Assembly (NCBI GenBank): GCA_022605425.2
Contig: CM061251.1
Location: forward strand, 806,001-870,000
Length of the DNA stretch: 64,000 nucleotides
Direction of reading: 5' to 3'
Source of the DNA: Hamiltosporidium tvaerminnensis FI-OER-3-3
Taxonomy: Eukaryota > Fungi > Microsporidia
Positions 12,280 through 24,133 of this stretch are shown in pieces (the stretch's first letter is position 1; each line of letters opens with the position of its first letter). A program made the position numbers and the translations under genes. The notes under the pieces are model-generated. The model made no database searches. It was not told the origin of the DNA and was given only the letters and a program-made list of their open reading frames with translations.

Positions 12280-14721
12280 TCCCCAGGAAATCAAAGTTCA
12301 ACTTTTGATACGATGTCTATAAATATTCAGGATGAATTATGGAGATTTTTTATAAAATTTATAATTGAAATTAAGATAAGAAATATTTTATTTTGTAGCA
12401 AGGACTTATTTTAAACAATTATAATTCAAAAAAAATAGGTTTAATAAAAGCTACAACCAGATTCTTTAAGAAGCAAACCACATTTCTCATCTAAAGTCAA
12501 AAACTTACTAAATATTGCGGCAAATGCCATTTTTCAAAATCCATTGTTTTCTCTTTTGGCACACAAGTGTTTTTTATTTTAAATTCAAATATATATCAAA
12601 ACCTATCATAAACCCAGTGAGTACGGCATAATCTGTAATTTTGAGAATTAAAACAATTGCATCTATATATACCGAATGCTTAAATTTTGACATAGGAACA
12701 GAACTTAGAATGAGTTGTTCAAGAGTTTTGATTTTATTTAATGATTCCATTTTTTTAATAACATCATCGATGTTTTCAATTGTATGAATTTCAAGTATTT
12801 CAAGATTCGTAAAAGAAAATATGTGATTTGATTGGCTAAGTTTCAAAAGTGGAAAGTCAAAAGAAATTTTTTTTGTGTTTTTCAAAAAATTTAGGCAATA
12901 AATTCGTTTCCTTCGTATTTGGAAATTTCAGCTGATTTCAACGAATTAAAAACAAAATATTTTTCTAAAATATGTATTAAACTAGCATCAAATTTTTCAA
13001 GTACAAGACTTTCTAGTTTCTTCTTCTTTTCTTGATTTTTTTCTAAAACTAATATCATGAGATTTCAATTCATACACATATTTTTTTAAAGAAAAATGTC
13101 TTATGTTTTTAAGACGCATTATAATATCTCGAGATTTCTTCAAATCAATTTCTTCAAAATAAATATCCGTAAATATATTCCACAATGAATTCTTTGTAAA
13201 CTGTAAATTTTTATTCAAATTTCTTAAAATATATTTATTCTTGAATTTTATTGAATTTAAGCTTAGATTATTTGCAGAACTGAATGTAAATGCGGGAAAG
13301 TTTATTTCCAAATATATTTCTTTTTTGATAATTATATCTATCAAAGAAAAGATACGATCACAATATTTATAATTTTTAAATCCTAACAGCAAATCGATAA
13401 TAGAAGTGTTCCAAGGAAAGCTTTTGAAAAAAATTGGAATGTTTTTTTCCAAAATATAAATTATATAGTTTCAAAGATTTTATATTTTTCAAATCAAAAC
13501 TAGAAAATAATTTATAATCTATTGAAATTGCTGTTTTAAAATCCAAATCCAAAGAACGCAGTCTACAGAAAATTATATGCTTTGAACGAGATAACTTTCT
13601 AAAACCATCTAATTTTAAAGTTTCTAATTTATCTGCAATTCTAAAAAGACAATAGAAATCGAAGTCTGTATAATCATCTGAAGTAAAAATTATGTCAAAA
13701 TAAACCAACAATTCAAAAAAAAAGTAGCAAGACAAAAAACATCTCGTATTTATATTTCTCAATGTAAAATGTGTAATATTTCGCATTTGATATAGCAATG
13801 ATAAAAAAATATTCATCCATTACAAAGTTCCGAAATTCCATATTTGAAATACAATCAAATAATAATTCTTGTACAATACATATTTCATTTAGTTCATTTC
13901 TTTTTTGTATTTTCTAATATTAGTTTCTTTACATTAAATTTTTGGAATATAAACCTTAAATTTTTAAAAAAATCTTCTGTAAAATGAGTGAACTTAAATG
14001 AACCGAAAAAAGTATCATCAATTAAAAAATAAAAAAGTGAATTATCTGCATCATAAATAATAGAGTTTTTACAATAAAAAAACAAAATATCCTTAGATGC
14101 TAGAAATTCAAAGAATGCAGCTACAAAAATGCGGTTTATAAAGAACCTCGACGGAATGTATTTAATATCTTCGATAAAAAATCTACATCGACCTTTATTT
14201 TCTCATGTAATAATAGACAGCTATTGAAGATGTTTAAAAACAAAAAATAAGCTACATTATCAGTAAACTCGAATAAAAAAAATCTAAGATCTTAAAAATC
14301 CAAACATAAAATCTGCTTAAATTTTTTTTTTACTTCGCTACGATTATTTAATAATTTTTCGAATACAACAAAGTGTTTTTTCATGAAGAAATCATCTAAA
14401 AAAACGCCAGTTTCCAAGAAACCTTCAACAAAAATACCTTTTTTCTTGAGGTCTGTTTTAAGATAATTTACTTTAATCACAGGAGATTTATATCCTTTTC
14501 TTCTATCATATTGAAAGTAAAGGTAAGTATATTCCTCTGAAAGATCATCGTTAGTTCCAATTTCCATTCAATTATCTTCTACTGTAGATTATCATCGGTT
14601 GGAAGTTCAAGAACACTTTCCGGATTTTATTCCGGAATTTGATTTTTACTTCTAAAGTGTCGGGATTTTCGGATGCGAAACATTTAATTAAATATAATAC
14701 AAAAAGCAATCTTATTTTCAT
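12280..14721 (-). pseudogene. Frameshifted secreted LRR-like family gene
   Basis: Seven colinear minus-strand ORF pieces (14572, 14292, 13894, 13376, 12997, 12574 and beyond). N-terminal MKIRLLFVLYLIKCFASE signal peptide. LxxLxL repeats (KLETLKLDG, RLRSLDLDF, NIKSLKLYN, NLEILEIH, TLEQLILSS). Size and composition match 36413-38746. Confidence 0.7.
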
Positions 14722-16522
14722 ACTTTCCAAATACTTAAAAGTTAGTAATTTTTTAAAATCATTTTGATGTACTTGCATAGATTTATTTTTGAATAATCTT
14801 TTATAAATATATTTTTCTTGAGATATTTGATAGTTTTGACAGCTTAAGATATAATTTTTAGATCAGAAAATATCAAATTTTTTAAAGATAACTAATCAAC
14901 AATGTATGCAATCATCGATTGCACATATGAAATTTTTTCAAAATAGATACAAAAAGATTTGTTTGAGCTTACGATCTACAGTGTGAAAAAATTATCCAAA
15001 TAAATATATTTATTGCATTATATGCCATATTTAATTTAAAATAATAGACTTATAGATGTTAACATTAAACAGTTATGGTTTTCATATTTCAATGACAAAT
15101 AAAATTACACTTTTTTAATCATTTCAAATGTTTGATAAAATTTTAACAAACTCATCACTTTTTTAAATTTGCAATATATCTATCAATAAACTAACCAATT
15201 ATAGTTTCTCAACATTTTCGATTAAAATTTTTCTTTGCTGTCTAGCTTTATTCTTAATCTGATTTCGTTTCTATACTTCAAGTAACAATTTAAATTTACC
15301 TTTTAGAGAATAATATAATTGTTTCCATATTAAAAAAATTCCAAATAAAAAAATTGTACTAAAAATATGAATAATTTTACATTTTATTGAAAGTTGAATC
15401 AAAAAAATTTATACCAAGAAACTTCGTATTTTATTTACAATCTAAAATAAAAGGATACAATAAATTTCTATTAAAAGTTTTTGGGTAAAAAATTCGTAAA
15501 ACTTATTTAAAATATTTAAATATTTTTTGTGAATTTTTTTAAAAAACCAACTTATTTCCTTTGAATAATAGTAGATGTTAAACAAATTATAAGTTTGAAA
15601 GTAAATTGTCACAATTCTAGAATGATTAGATAGACTTAGTAATTATCTTACTAAATATGTAGAAAAACATTTTTTGATGTATAGTATGGAAATATTAACA
15701 AATCTTCTATGTTTACACTAAATTATAATACTTTAACATGCAATTTTTCAGTTTATAAGCTTTGAACTCATCTTTTACACCAATATCGAGCAGCATGACA
15801 ATTTTTTTAGAAAGAGTCAATTTTAAATTCCATATCATGAAAAAAGTCGAATTAAATAAAAAAATACTTGGAAGCTAATCATTATAATTTTCTAAATTTA
15901 AATACGAAACCATTATCAATATTTAAAAGTCCCAATTAAAAAAATTGCTTACTAAAATTAATCGGTTTTTTTCTACAATTTAATTAATATTTAAAACAAT
16001 TCTTATCTCACATTCATACGCGGAATTTAATCGTTAATTTCTTTTATAGTAAAATATAAATCCGATTCACCCGGTTTCGGAAAAATAAATGCATTTTTAT
16101 GTAAATATCTGTTATAATAATTCCGCTTGTTCATAATGTGTTTCATTAGAATAAAGATAGTTTAAAAAATTATCTCGGTCTACTGAGGCTTTAAAAATTA
16201 ATGTTGATTTAAACATTGCCGTTATAGCAACGAATTTGACTACAAGAATAACATTTTCGTATGAAACGATGTGTTCAATGATTGTTCAAATATTTATAAA
16301 ATACGAACTTATCAATAAAGACATTTCAAATATTTAAAATTCTAATGATAATTTATTTCAATGCCTGCTTGTTTAAGTATCACATAATTTACTAAATTAT
16401 AATAGTTATACGAGATTCGAACCTAAAAACAAAGTAGCTGATTCCTAATTAAATTATCAAATAGAACAATTTTTTTAAACGCGATGATTTTAAAAAAATA
16501 ATAAATTATTATTTTCCTTCGA

Positions 16523-17250
16523 TGTGGAGGGAGCTTAACCACATAAAAAACTTTCTGATTGCCAATGAGTGTTTGAAGCTGGTGTGAGAATCATTTTTTT
16601 GGATTTTTGATGGAAATACAATCACACTACATCTTCGGTTGTTCCATGGGAGTTGTTATGAAGAGGAGAGATCTAAGAAATGGAGAAACATTTTCTACAA
16701 ATTTATTTGTAGTTTTTTATGTAACTAGACTGCAGACCGCAGCTAAGCACGTAGGTAATAGCCATGTAAAAGCAAGAAAACCTAGCCTTTACTCGGGTTA
16801 GAAGACTTAGCGCCTGGGATATATAAAAACAAAACCATTTAAAGCCGGGAGAGCTAAGTAGCAAGTTATACCTGTTGGTATGTCATTGCACTGTCTAGGT
16901 GGACCCCATGTGAGTCTCTGAAATATATCTTAGCTAGAAATTTATGAGGTTCGGAAGTATAGAGTAAGTGTTGAGGCTGAATAGTCTTGGAGGAGCTCAA
17001 AGGTGGGTTTCGGCCTTTAATCATCCTCCATGCAACGGACATTAACGAACACCGGGTAAATGCCTAGCCTATTAATTAGGTTCTACATATCCGGTAGATG
17101 AAAATATCTGGGATGTAGGTATCGCAGGAGGTACTGATGGTGTGTTGGGGTAGCAGTTATTTATGTATAAACCTAGAACAGCGTTTGAGTCATGAAAACA
17201 AATATAACACTTGTCACTATTTTAAAAAGATGTGATACTTTAATAAAAAT
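16523..17250 (+). repeat. Dispersed family A, copy 2 (best preserved, GC-richest)
   Basis: TGTGGAGGGAGCTTAACCAC...AAATATAACACTTGTCACTATTTTAAAAAGATGTGATACTTTAATAAAA, colinear with the other copies. Confidence 0.85.
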
Positions 17251-18058
17251 TATTCAAAGAATAGCTATTTTTTATACAAAATAATTCATTACAAATATAT
17301 TAACTTTCCCAAACATATTTAAAAATGTCTATGTTTACACAGTATTTGTCTTATCTAAATATTTGTATCTCAAATCATATCCTTCAATTATAAACATACC
17401 AAAATATTTTTTTGTTCACCATTTTTTCCTATAAATATACTTCATGTTTTAGAAATTTTATTTTTCAAAAATTGTTCTTTTCCATTTTATTTTAACTTAG
17501 TCTTTTTATGCAAGCAAAAAAGCAATATTTTTATATATTTTCGATCGTTACCTGCAATATCATTCTTCAAAATCAGTCTGTAAAGCCTTTTGAATGTTCA
17601 AAATCGAATTTAACTTTAATCTTAAAAAACCAAATAAATAAATAAAAAATTCTAATATGACACTAGAAAAGCAAAACAAAATTATTCTAACCATGTCCTG
17701 TTTAAATATAAATTAAAAATTAAATCAAAAAAAATAAAATTAATAAAAATAAAATTAATAAAGAATTTAAGTAAGGAAATTTATTCGAAAAAATCTTTAA
17801 ATTCTACATATTTTATAAAAAAATAAAATTAATAAAGAATTTAAGTAAGGAAATTTATTTTTAAAAATCTATTTTATTTAAATTTTTTAAATTTTTAAAA
17901 ATCTGTAAAATTTAAAGATTTTTTCAAATAAATTCATCTCACAAGCTTAAAAAACCCAATAAAATATTTTAACCATCTTTTAACATCTCTATCATAATTT
18001 ATTTCCTTTTATTTAATTTCTTACCTTACTTTTATATTTCAACCATAACTTTCACCCT

Positions 18059-18643
18059 ATGAACAGTTCATTATTTAGTGATACATTTTCAGAAACAAAA
18101 AAACAAGGTCTTAAACACATAACAAAGTCAGTTCTTAATATGTTAGAATCCTCTAACGGTATTACGTACACTGAAATATTAAGATCAACTTCTGCTACAA
18201 ATTCAAACACATTGAAAAGAAGAATATACGATGTTCTTAGTGTTATGAGATCTATAAATATAATAACCAAAACGAACAGAAGATATCATATTTCAGGACG
18301 AGACGTTACAACAGAAACAAAAATGAAAATAGAAAAAAAGAAAGAAGATGTAAAAAGAATGGAAGAAATGATTAAAGCATTTGAATTTCTTATAAATAAA
18401 AATACAGGAAATCATACAAATTGTGAAAAATTATATCTTCCTTTCATGATAGTATTTACTGATAGGGACAGTCAAGTACAATGTGAAACAAATGAAGAAA
18501 AAACATTTTTTAAATTTAAAAGCGATAAAAATATTCAAATGATGGATGATTTAGCGGTAATTAAAGAAATACAGAATTATACAGGAAAATCAAGTGGAAA
18601 AAAAAATACGGATGTCAATGATATATTTAGTTTTATAAGTTAA
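18059..18643 (+). CDS. TFDP: DP-family (E2F dimerisation partner) transcription factor
   Basis: Winged-helix signature GLKHITKSV...LKRRIYDVLSVMRSINII. C-terminal DP domain LYLPFMIVFT...VQCE..EEK..F.F......MDDLAVIK. TCACCCT before the ATG. Confidence 0.85.
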   Translation: MNSSLFSDTFSETKKQGLKHITKSVLNMLESSNGITYTEILRSTSATNSNTLKRRIYDVLSVMRSINIITKTNRRYHISGRDVTTETKMKIEKKKEDVKRMEEMIKAFEFLINKNTGNHTNCEKLYLPFMIVFTDRDSQVQCETNEEKTFFKFKSDKNIQMMDDLAVIKEIQNYTGKSSGKKNTDVNDIFSFIS

Positions 18644-19087
18644 AGTAATAAAGTTTAAAAAAAATAAGGATTTAATGAAAATATTTAATTGGAAAAAAAA
18701 TGATTTAATAAAATAAGGAATTAAATACAAATAATATTAAAATATTTCTTAATTATATATTTGTCATAGATTTTTTAATGTAGTTAATATTTTTTTTTAG
18801 ATTCTTAAAAAATAAATAAAATATTACATATTAAATATTAAAATTAATATATAATTAAGAAAAAAATATATAATTAAGAAATAGAATTAAATATGAAAAT
18901 TAAAATATTAAAATTAAATATTAAAATTAAATATATAATTAAGAAATAAATATATAATTAAGAAATAGAATTAAATTTGAAAATTAAGACATAGATTAAA
19001 GAAATATATTAAAATTTTTTTTATATAATTTAATATTATTTGATTTTAAACAAAAAATAGTATCTTAAATTAAAATAATTTTTTATT

Positions 19088-22033
19088 TCATAGAAACTCA
19101 AACTCAATGAAAGGTTCATAAGGAATACCTTTATCACCCAGAACAATACGAACAGAATAACCACATTTGTTTTCAATATACTTACTAAATTCTTTTACAA
19201 CAAATATTTCATTTACTTCTATCCATTTAAAACACTCATCTGCCCACAAATTGTGTTTAATGTCGTTTTTATCGTTTTTACTTAAAAATAAACAAATATC
19301 TTCTTTGTTTCTCACTGCGTATATTTCATTTCTCCAAAATTCTAAAGAATTTTCGTTAAAAATAGATAATCGAACTGTTTTTATTTTTTTGTTCTTTTTA
19401 TTTACTTTAGAAGCTTTGAATTTTATATTTTTAATTATTTTTTTTAAATATTCGATTCCTATAATTGAGTCTTTATCTTGTATTATACCTGAAATATTTT
19501 TAATTTCATCTTTTTGAGATAATTTATTTTCAAAAATTATACTTGGAAATGAAAATCTGTTAATTTTAAAAAACTTACTAAGTAAGGAAATAGATAAAGA
19601 AGGTATTAAAGGATATATGAGTAAAAGAATACACAGATATAAAAGAATAATCAAATCACTGTCACTATTACCACCTAAACTTATAAAAGTTTCTTTTAAA
19701 TTTAAAATTTCATAAAATCCATATTTTACAACGTCTCGATACGCCATATCAGAATAATTTGAATCAACTAAATTTATAAAATTATTCAGACTTTGTAAAA
19801 GAAATTTTTCTTGGTAGGTAAGAGATGAGACACTTAATGTTGATAAAATGGATTTTATAAATTGTGCCGAGTTTAAGTATTCTATATCTCCATTATCTGG
19901 ATTTTCCTTGTTTGCGTTTATACTTATTTTTACAAATCTTTCTGTAATTTCTTCTGAATTTTTATTTTCTTTAATTTCTTCCAATTTTTTTTCTTCAAAA
20001 TCCTTAATTTCTTCTAAATTTTTATTTTTACAATTTGATAAAAAATATGAAATTTTGTCTTTTAAATTCTCTATTTGAACAATAAAATTAAAAATCTTTA
20101 AAATAAACGCATTTGCATTGCTTTCTACAAAATTAGCATCTTCATTAAAATCTCCACAAATAGCCAAACACATTCTACTGGCACTCACCCCATACTTAGA
20201 AATACAATCATCTACAGTAAGAAAATTACCTGTACTTTTACTCATTTTTTCAGAATTCAACATCAAATGTCCGTTCGTAAAAATTCTTTTTGGCCAATAC
20301 TTCTCAGGAAAAAGCGCACAGTGGTTCATCAAAAAGAAAATTAAATGATTCTTAATTAAATCCTTGCCACTGACACGTAAATCGAGAGGATAAAAATATT
20401 CAAAAGATTTTTTACATTCAGAAAGAATTGAAATATAATTTTTAATTTCTGCAGAATTATTTTTCAAAATATCTTCTAAACTTCCATTATAAATAATAAA
20501 ATTCCAAATTGAATCGTTTAAAAATTTTACAGGAAAAATTTCTTCTTTTCCTTCCAAATCAGTAAATAAAAAATGCTTAAAAGTATAAAAAATCATGTAA
20601 ATTGTAGAGTCACTCAAACTATCAATTAAATATCGATTATCCCATGGAATAAAAGTACCCAACCCAAATGTTCTAGAACAACCCCATTTATTTATCCAAT
20701 CCAGACCACCAATAAGCATTTCCTTGGTTTCCTTTGTAAAAATCATTTTTTCAATGCATTTTTTTGTTTTATTTTTTAAATCCATATTTCCATAATCAAT
20801 AAAATACTGATCAAGCAAAGAAACTACACATCTAACATTTGAACGACTTATAACTTCTGATTCAGGTTCATAAAATCTTAAAAGATTTTCTGTAAAATTC
20901 AGAGAAATCTCCGTTTTGTTATCAGAAATCTCTGATATTTCTTTGCGTTCATTTTCTAGTAAAAATAAGCGATCCTCACATTCCTTAATAATACAGCAAT
21001 CAATTTTTCCATTCGCATTTTTAGATTCATTTTCCAAGGATATTTTTCTCTGTTCACTGCTTCCTTTAACAATACAACCATTAACTTTTCCTTCTGTAAT
21101 AACAAATTCATTTTCTAAAATCTTACATTTCAATCCCATCAAAAGACTTCCTTTAATTTCAACGACACTTTCTTTAAATCCTTGGTATTTTAAATTTTCA
21201 TAAATATTTTTACAAAAAATAAAATCTTTAGAAACAACAAAATAATCGTTCGAATTTATAATAATTTTTCTAGGTCTATTATTAAAAACAATTCTTCCAT
21301 AAAGATTTTTACCAAGAAAATCACCTTCACTTAAAATTGTAATCTTAATAAGATCAATAGCGACTGGTAAAATACCTTCCCCTTTCATTCTGTCATGATC
21401 CAAACATGCTTGGTTAGTCAAAGGACAAAAAATAGAATATCTTTTACCAAAACTTATAAGATTTGCTTCTTTTAATTTTCTAAATTGAAATTTTACAAAA
21501 GAATCATAATAAGGATTTATATTTGTAGTTATGAAAGACCTGCGCCAGTCTATAAGAGTATGGAAAGATTTTAACGTTTTTGTAGCCAAAATAGGAAAAA
21601 CTTTTGTCCAATAAATTGGATCACAAAAATTTTTTAATTCTGAAAAGGAAATTCCCATATCAGTAAGTATCTTGGAAACAGAAGATCCACTTTCCTTTTT
21701 TATTTCTTCCAATTTTTCGGACACTTTTATATTTTTAGAATCTTTAAATATTTCAGCCTCTTTTAGTTCTTCTGTGAGACGGTCAGCAGATGCACTGATG
21801 GGCATTCCAGTGCAATGGAATGCAAATGGAAAAAGTACATTTTTTCCTTTCAATTGCTGATACCGAGCCATGAATTCTGCTTTGCTAAGAGTGAAAAGAT
21901 GACCAAGATGTAATTTCCCATTCATATAAGGATACGGAAACGTAACAAAATATTTTTCTTCATTATTTGGTTCTACATACGTATCAACATGTTGTTCAAG
22001 TGAAGAAATATAATTCAATCGTTTGTTTTCCAT
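19088..22033 (-). CDS. LARS1: Cytosolic (archaeal/eukaryotic-type) leucyl-tRNA synthetase
   Basis: TFPYPYMNGKLHLGH (HIGH), FHCTGMPI, DWRRSFITT, DHDR..GEG, SLSDSTIY, YPLDLRVSGKDLIKNHL, KMSKSTGNF. The true start is probably ATG 22033 (MENKR, preceded by AACCCCAC) rather than TTG 22045. Confidence 0.97.
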   Translation of the reverse strand: MENKRLNYISSLEQHVDTYVEPNNEEKYFVTFPYPYMNGKLHLGHLFTLSKAEFMARYQQLKGKNVLFPFAFHCTGMPISASADRLTEELKEAEIFKDSKNIKVSEKLEEIKKESGSSVSKILTDMGISFSELKNFCDPIYWTKVFPILATKTLKSFHTLIDWRRSFITTNINPYYDSFVKFQFRKLKEANLISFGKRYSIFCPLTNQACLDHDRMKGEGILPVAIDLIKITILSEGDFLGKNLYGRIVFNNRPRKIIINSNDYFVVSKDFIFCKNIYENLKYQGFKESVVEIKGSLLMGLKCKILENEFVITEGKVNGCIVKGSSEQRKISLENESKNANGKIDCCIIKECEDRLFLLENERKEISEISDNKTEISLNFTENLLRFYEPESEVISRSNVRCVVSLLDQYFIDYGNMDLKNKTKKCIEKMIFTKETKEMLIGGLDWINKWGCSRTFGLGTFIPWDNRYLIDSLSDSTIYMIFYTFKHFLFTDLEGKEEIFPVKFLNDSIWNFIIYNGSLEDILKNNSAEIKNYISILSECKKSFEYFYPLDLRVSGKDLIKNHLIFFLMNHCALFPEKYWPKRIFTNGHLMLNSEKMSKSTGNFLTVDDCISKYGVSASRMCLAICGDFNEDANFVESNANAFILKIFNFIVQIENLKDKISYFLSNCKNKNLEEIKDFEEKKLEEIKENKNSEEITERFVKISINANKENPDNGDIEYLNSAQFIKSILSTLSVSSLTYQEKFLLQSLNNFINLVDSNYSDMAYRDVVKYGFYEILNLKETFISLGGNSDSDLIILLYLCILLLIYPLIPSLSISLLSKFFKINRFSFPSIIFENKLSQKDEIKNISGIIQDKDSIIGIEYLKKIIKNIKFKASKVNKKNKKIKTVRLSIFNENSLEFWRNEIYAVRNKEDICLFLSKNDKNDIKHNLWADECFKWIEVNEIFVVKEFSKYIENKCGYSVRIVLGDKGIPYEPFIEFEFL

Positions 22034-22564
22034 GTGGGGTTTCAATTTATAAAAATATTAAGAATTTTTTTTTATCGTAAATCAAAAAAATATAAAAAAA
22101 AATTTTAGAAATCGTAGAATAAAGAAGTAATTGAAATTTTATAAAAATATTAAAATTCTGTTTTATATTTTTATGAATTAACCATATTAACATTTTTTTG
22201 ATTATTTTAATTAGATCAGCATGGTTTAGTATTAATATCCTCTTATTTGGCAGAAGAAAAAATAATTTTTTTATCTCGTTATAAATATAAGAAGCGTGTT
22301 TCTCATTTCCGTTTTTGAATAATCCAACCTTAAGGCAAAATTTAAAATTATTTTATTTAATTCTCTTTCAAATCCCTCATAGAACTCCCATAAGTAATGA
22401 AAATGCTTTTTTAGATAAATTTTAGAACTACTAAATTTAAATATGTATTGAACATTAAATGTAACATTTCATTTTTAACTACGAATATAATATACATTCA
22501 ACGAGGAGATAAATTTTACAGTTGCTGCTTAGAATTTAATTTTCTCACAATATTAAATCCGTTA

Positions 22565-23640
22565 TTTTATTTAATAAAATTCTGGGTTAAAACATTATTT
22601 ACCATTTTTATATGTTTCTTCTACCTCTTTAACCACTTTTGTCTCTTCTTCCAATTCCGACTCTTCATTTATGTTATTGGTCGGTTCCTCCAAAGTGGTT
22701 CCTCCTTGTAAAATAAAGGGGGCTTTATTTTTTGCATCATCTTCCTCTCTCTTCTCTCCTTTTAAAGAGGGCGTTGGTTCCTCATGCACCTCTGATCTCA
22801 TAATAACACACATTGACGCTCTCTCCCAGCTCTCTTCGGCATTTAGTCTTTACTCAAGTCGTCTTCGTCGATCAAAGAAAATTATTTCGACTGTCTTCTT
22901 AAGTACTATAGACTGAATGTATGCTTCTACATTTGTCGGTATTTCTAGTATTTTAAGATGAGATTTATGGTATTTTGTCAGAATACCGTCCAAGGTCATC
23001 ACATAAGGGATTATCTCACCACTACACTTTTAAATAAGACCCAAATCATTGGCTAGCAGGTCATACTTCCTAAGTTTTTCAGTTTCAACTATTTGAAGTG
23101 AATCTTGGGAAGTGATTCCTACTTCAATGAGTGTTATCTTATTCTTCCTCTTATCTAAAATAAATATGTCGGGTCTGTTATTCCGAATTTTAACATCAGT
23201 TTTTATTCTGGTGTCCACTCTTATCTCTGCATACTCATTATTAAGAATTTCTTGAACTGAGTGACTCCTAATTCGTTTTTTGGACTTAAACTTATATCTA
23301 TTTAGGAGAAGTAAGTGTAGGCATCTAACCACTTCATTATGCCGTCTAGTGTAATCATGGCCTAGCATTTTTTCACATCTAGTTGCTAGATGATCCACAG
23401 TCTTACCAGACTTCCCGCAATGTTGACACACACCATCTGCTCCCCAGAATTCATTTCTATCCTGGATATAGCAGAACACAGCTTCATTTTGTGGCCTAAT
23501 ATTTCCTCTCTTTAGCCATCTTGAAGAGTCACTAACACTCACAAGCTCATTTTCCTTGCATTATATAAATTTGAATGGAGCTTTCGTTTTTCTATTTCTT
23601 TATATAGTTTTGCAAGTTGAGCTTCTTTTAAATCCTTTAA
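22565..23640 (-). mobile_element. 5'-truncated R4/Dong-type non-LTR retrotransposon (CCHC zinc knuckle + restriction-like endonuclease), disrupted
   Basis: CQHCGKSGKTVDHLATRC, YTRRHNEV, NRPDIFILD...LIEVGI, K.RKY.LL. Premature TAA at 23030. Close paralogue at 58805-59935. Confidence 0.92.
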
Positions 23641-24133
23641 AATATTAAATTTGAATAATTAATTATAAGTTTAAAGAAACGTTAATTGTATCAATTTGTT
23701 TTTAAGTTATATTAAAAAAAATCAATTTATAAAATCATAAACAGAATTGTAATGGAATTTTTTATTTATCCCCAGTTTTATTTTACATTACTGAATATAA
23801 ATTTTACTCTCAAGCTATTATTCAAGAGAAGTTTTCATAATGCAAGGTTATTATAAATCATGACCGATTAAATCAACCAAATAAATAATTTAGGTCAATG
23901 TAGAATATATTTTTAAATTTCCCGATTACTATTACTACTGCAATAATTTATATGGTCTCTTGAATAAAAAGAAAGAAATTTCCAAATGTGCGCAAAATGT
24001 GATGATCACCGGCCAAAAGCATTAATCCTCGGCTTGATGTTTTGCACTCTAACAAGTTAATGGTTTTTCAGTTCATTTTTGAATAAGTATGAGTTATTTT
24101 TTCAAAGAAAACTGCGCAAGAATCGTTAATAAT

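Noticed and set aside
19167-21860. Plus-strand ORFs inside LeuRS (likewise antisense ORFs in SAS10, DP, the LRR gene, the 733-aa gene and RPL9)
   Set aside because: Antisense shadows of real genes; F/S/L-rich with no motifs.
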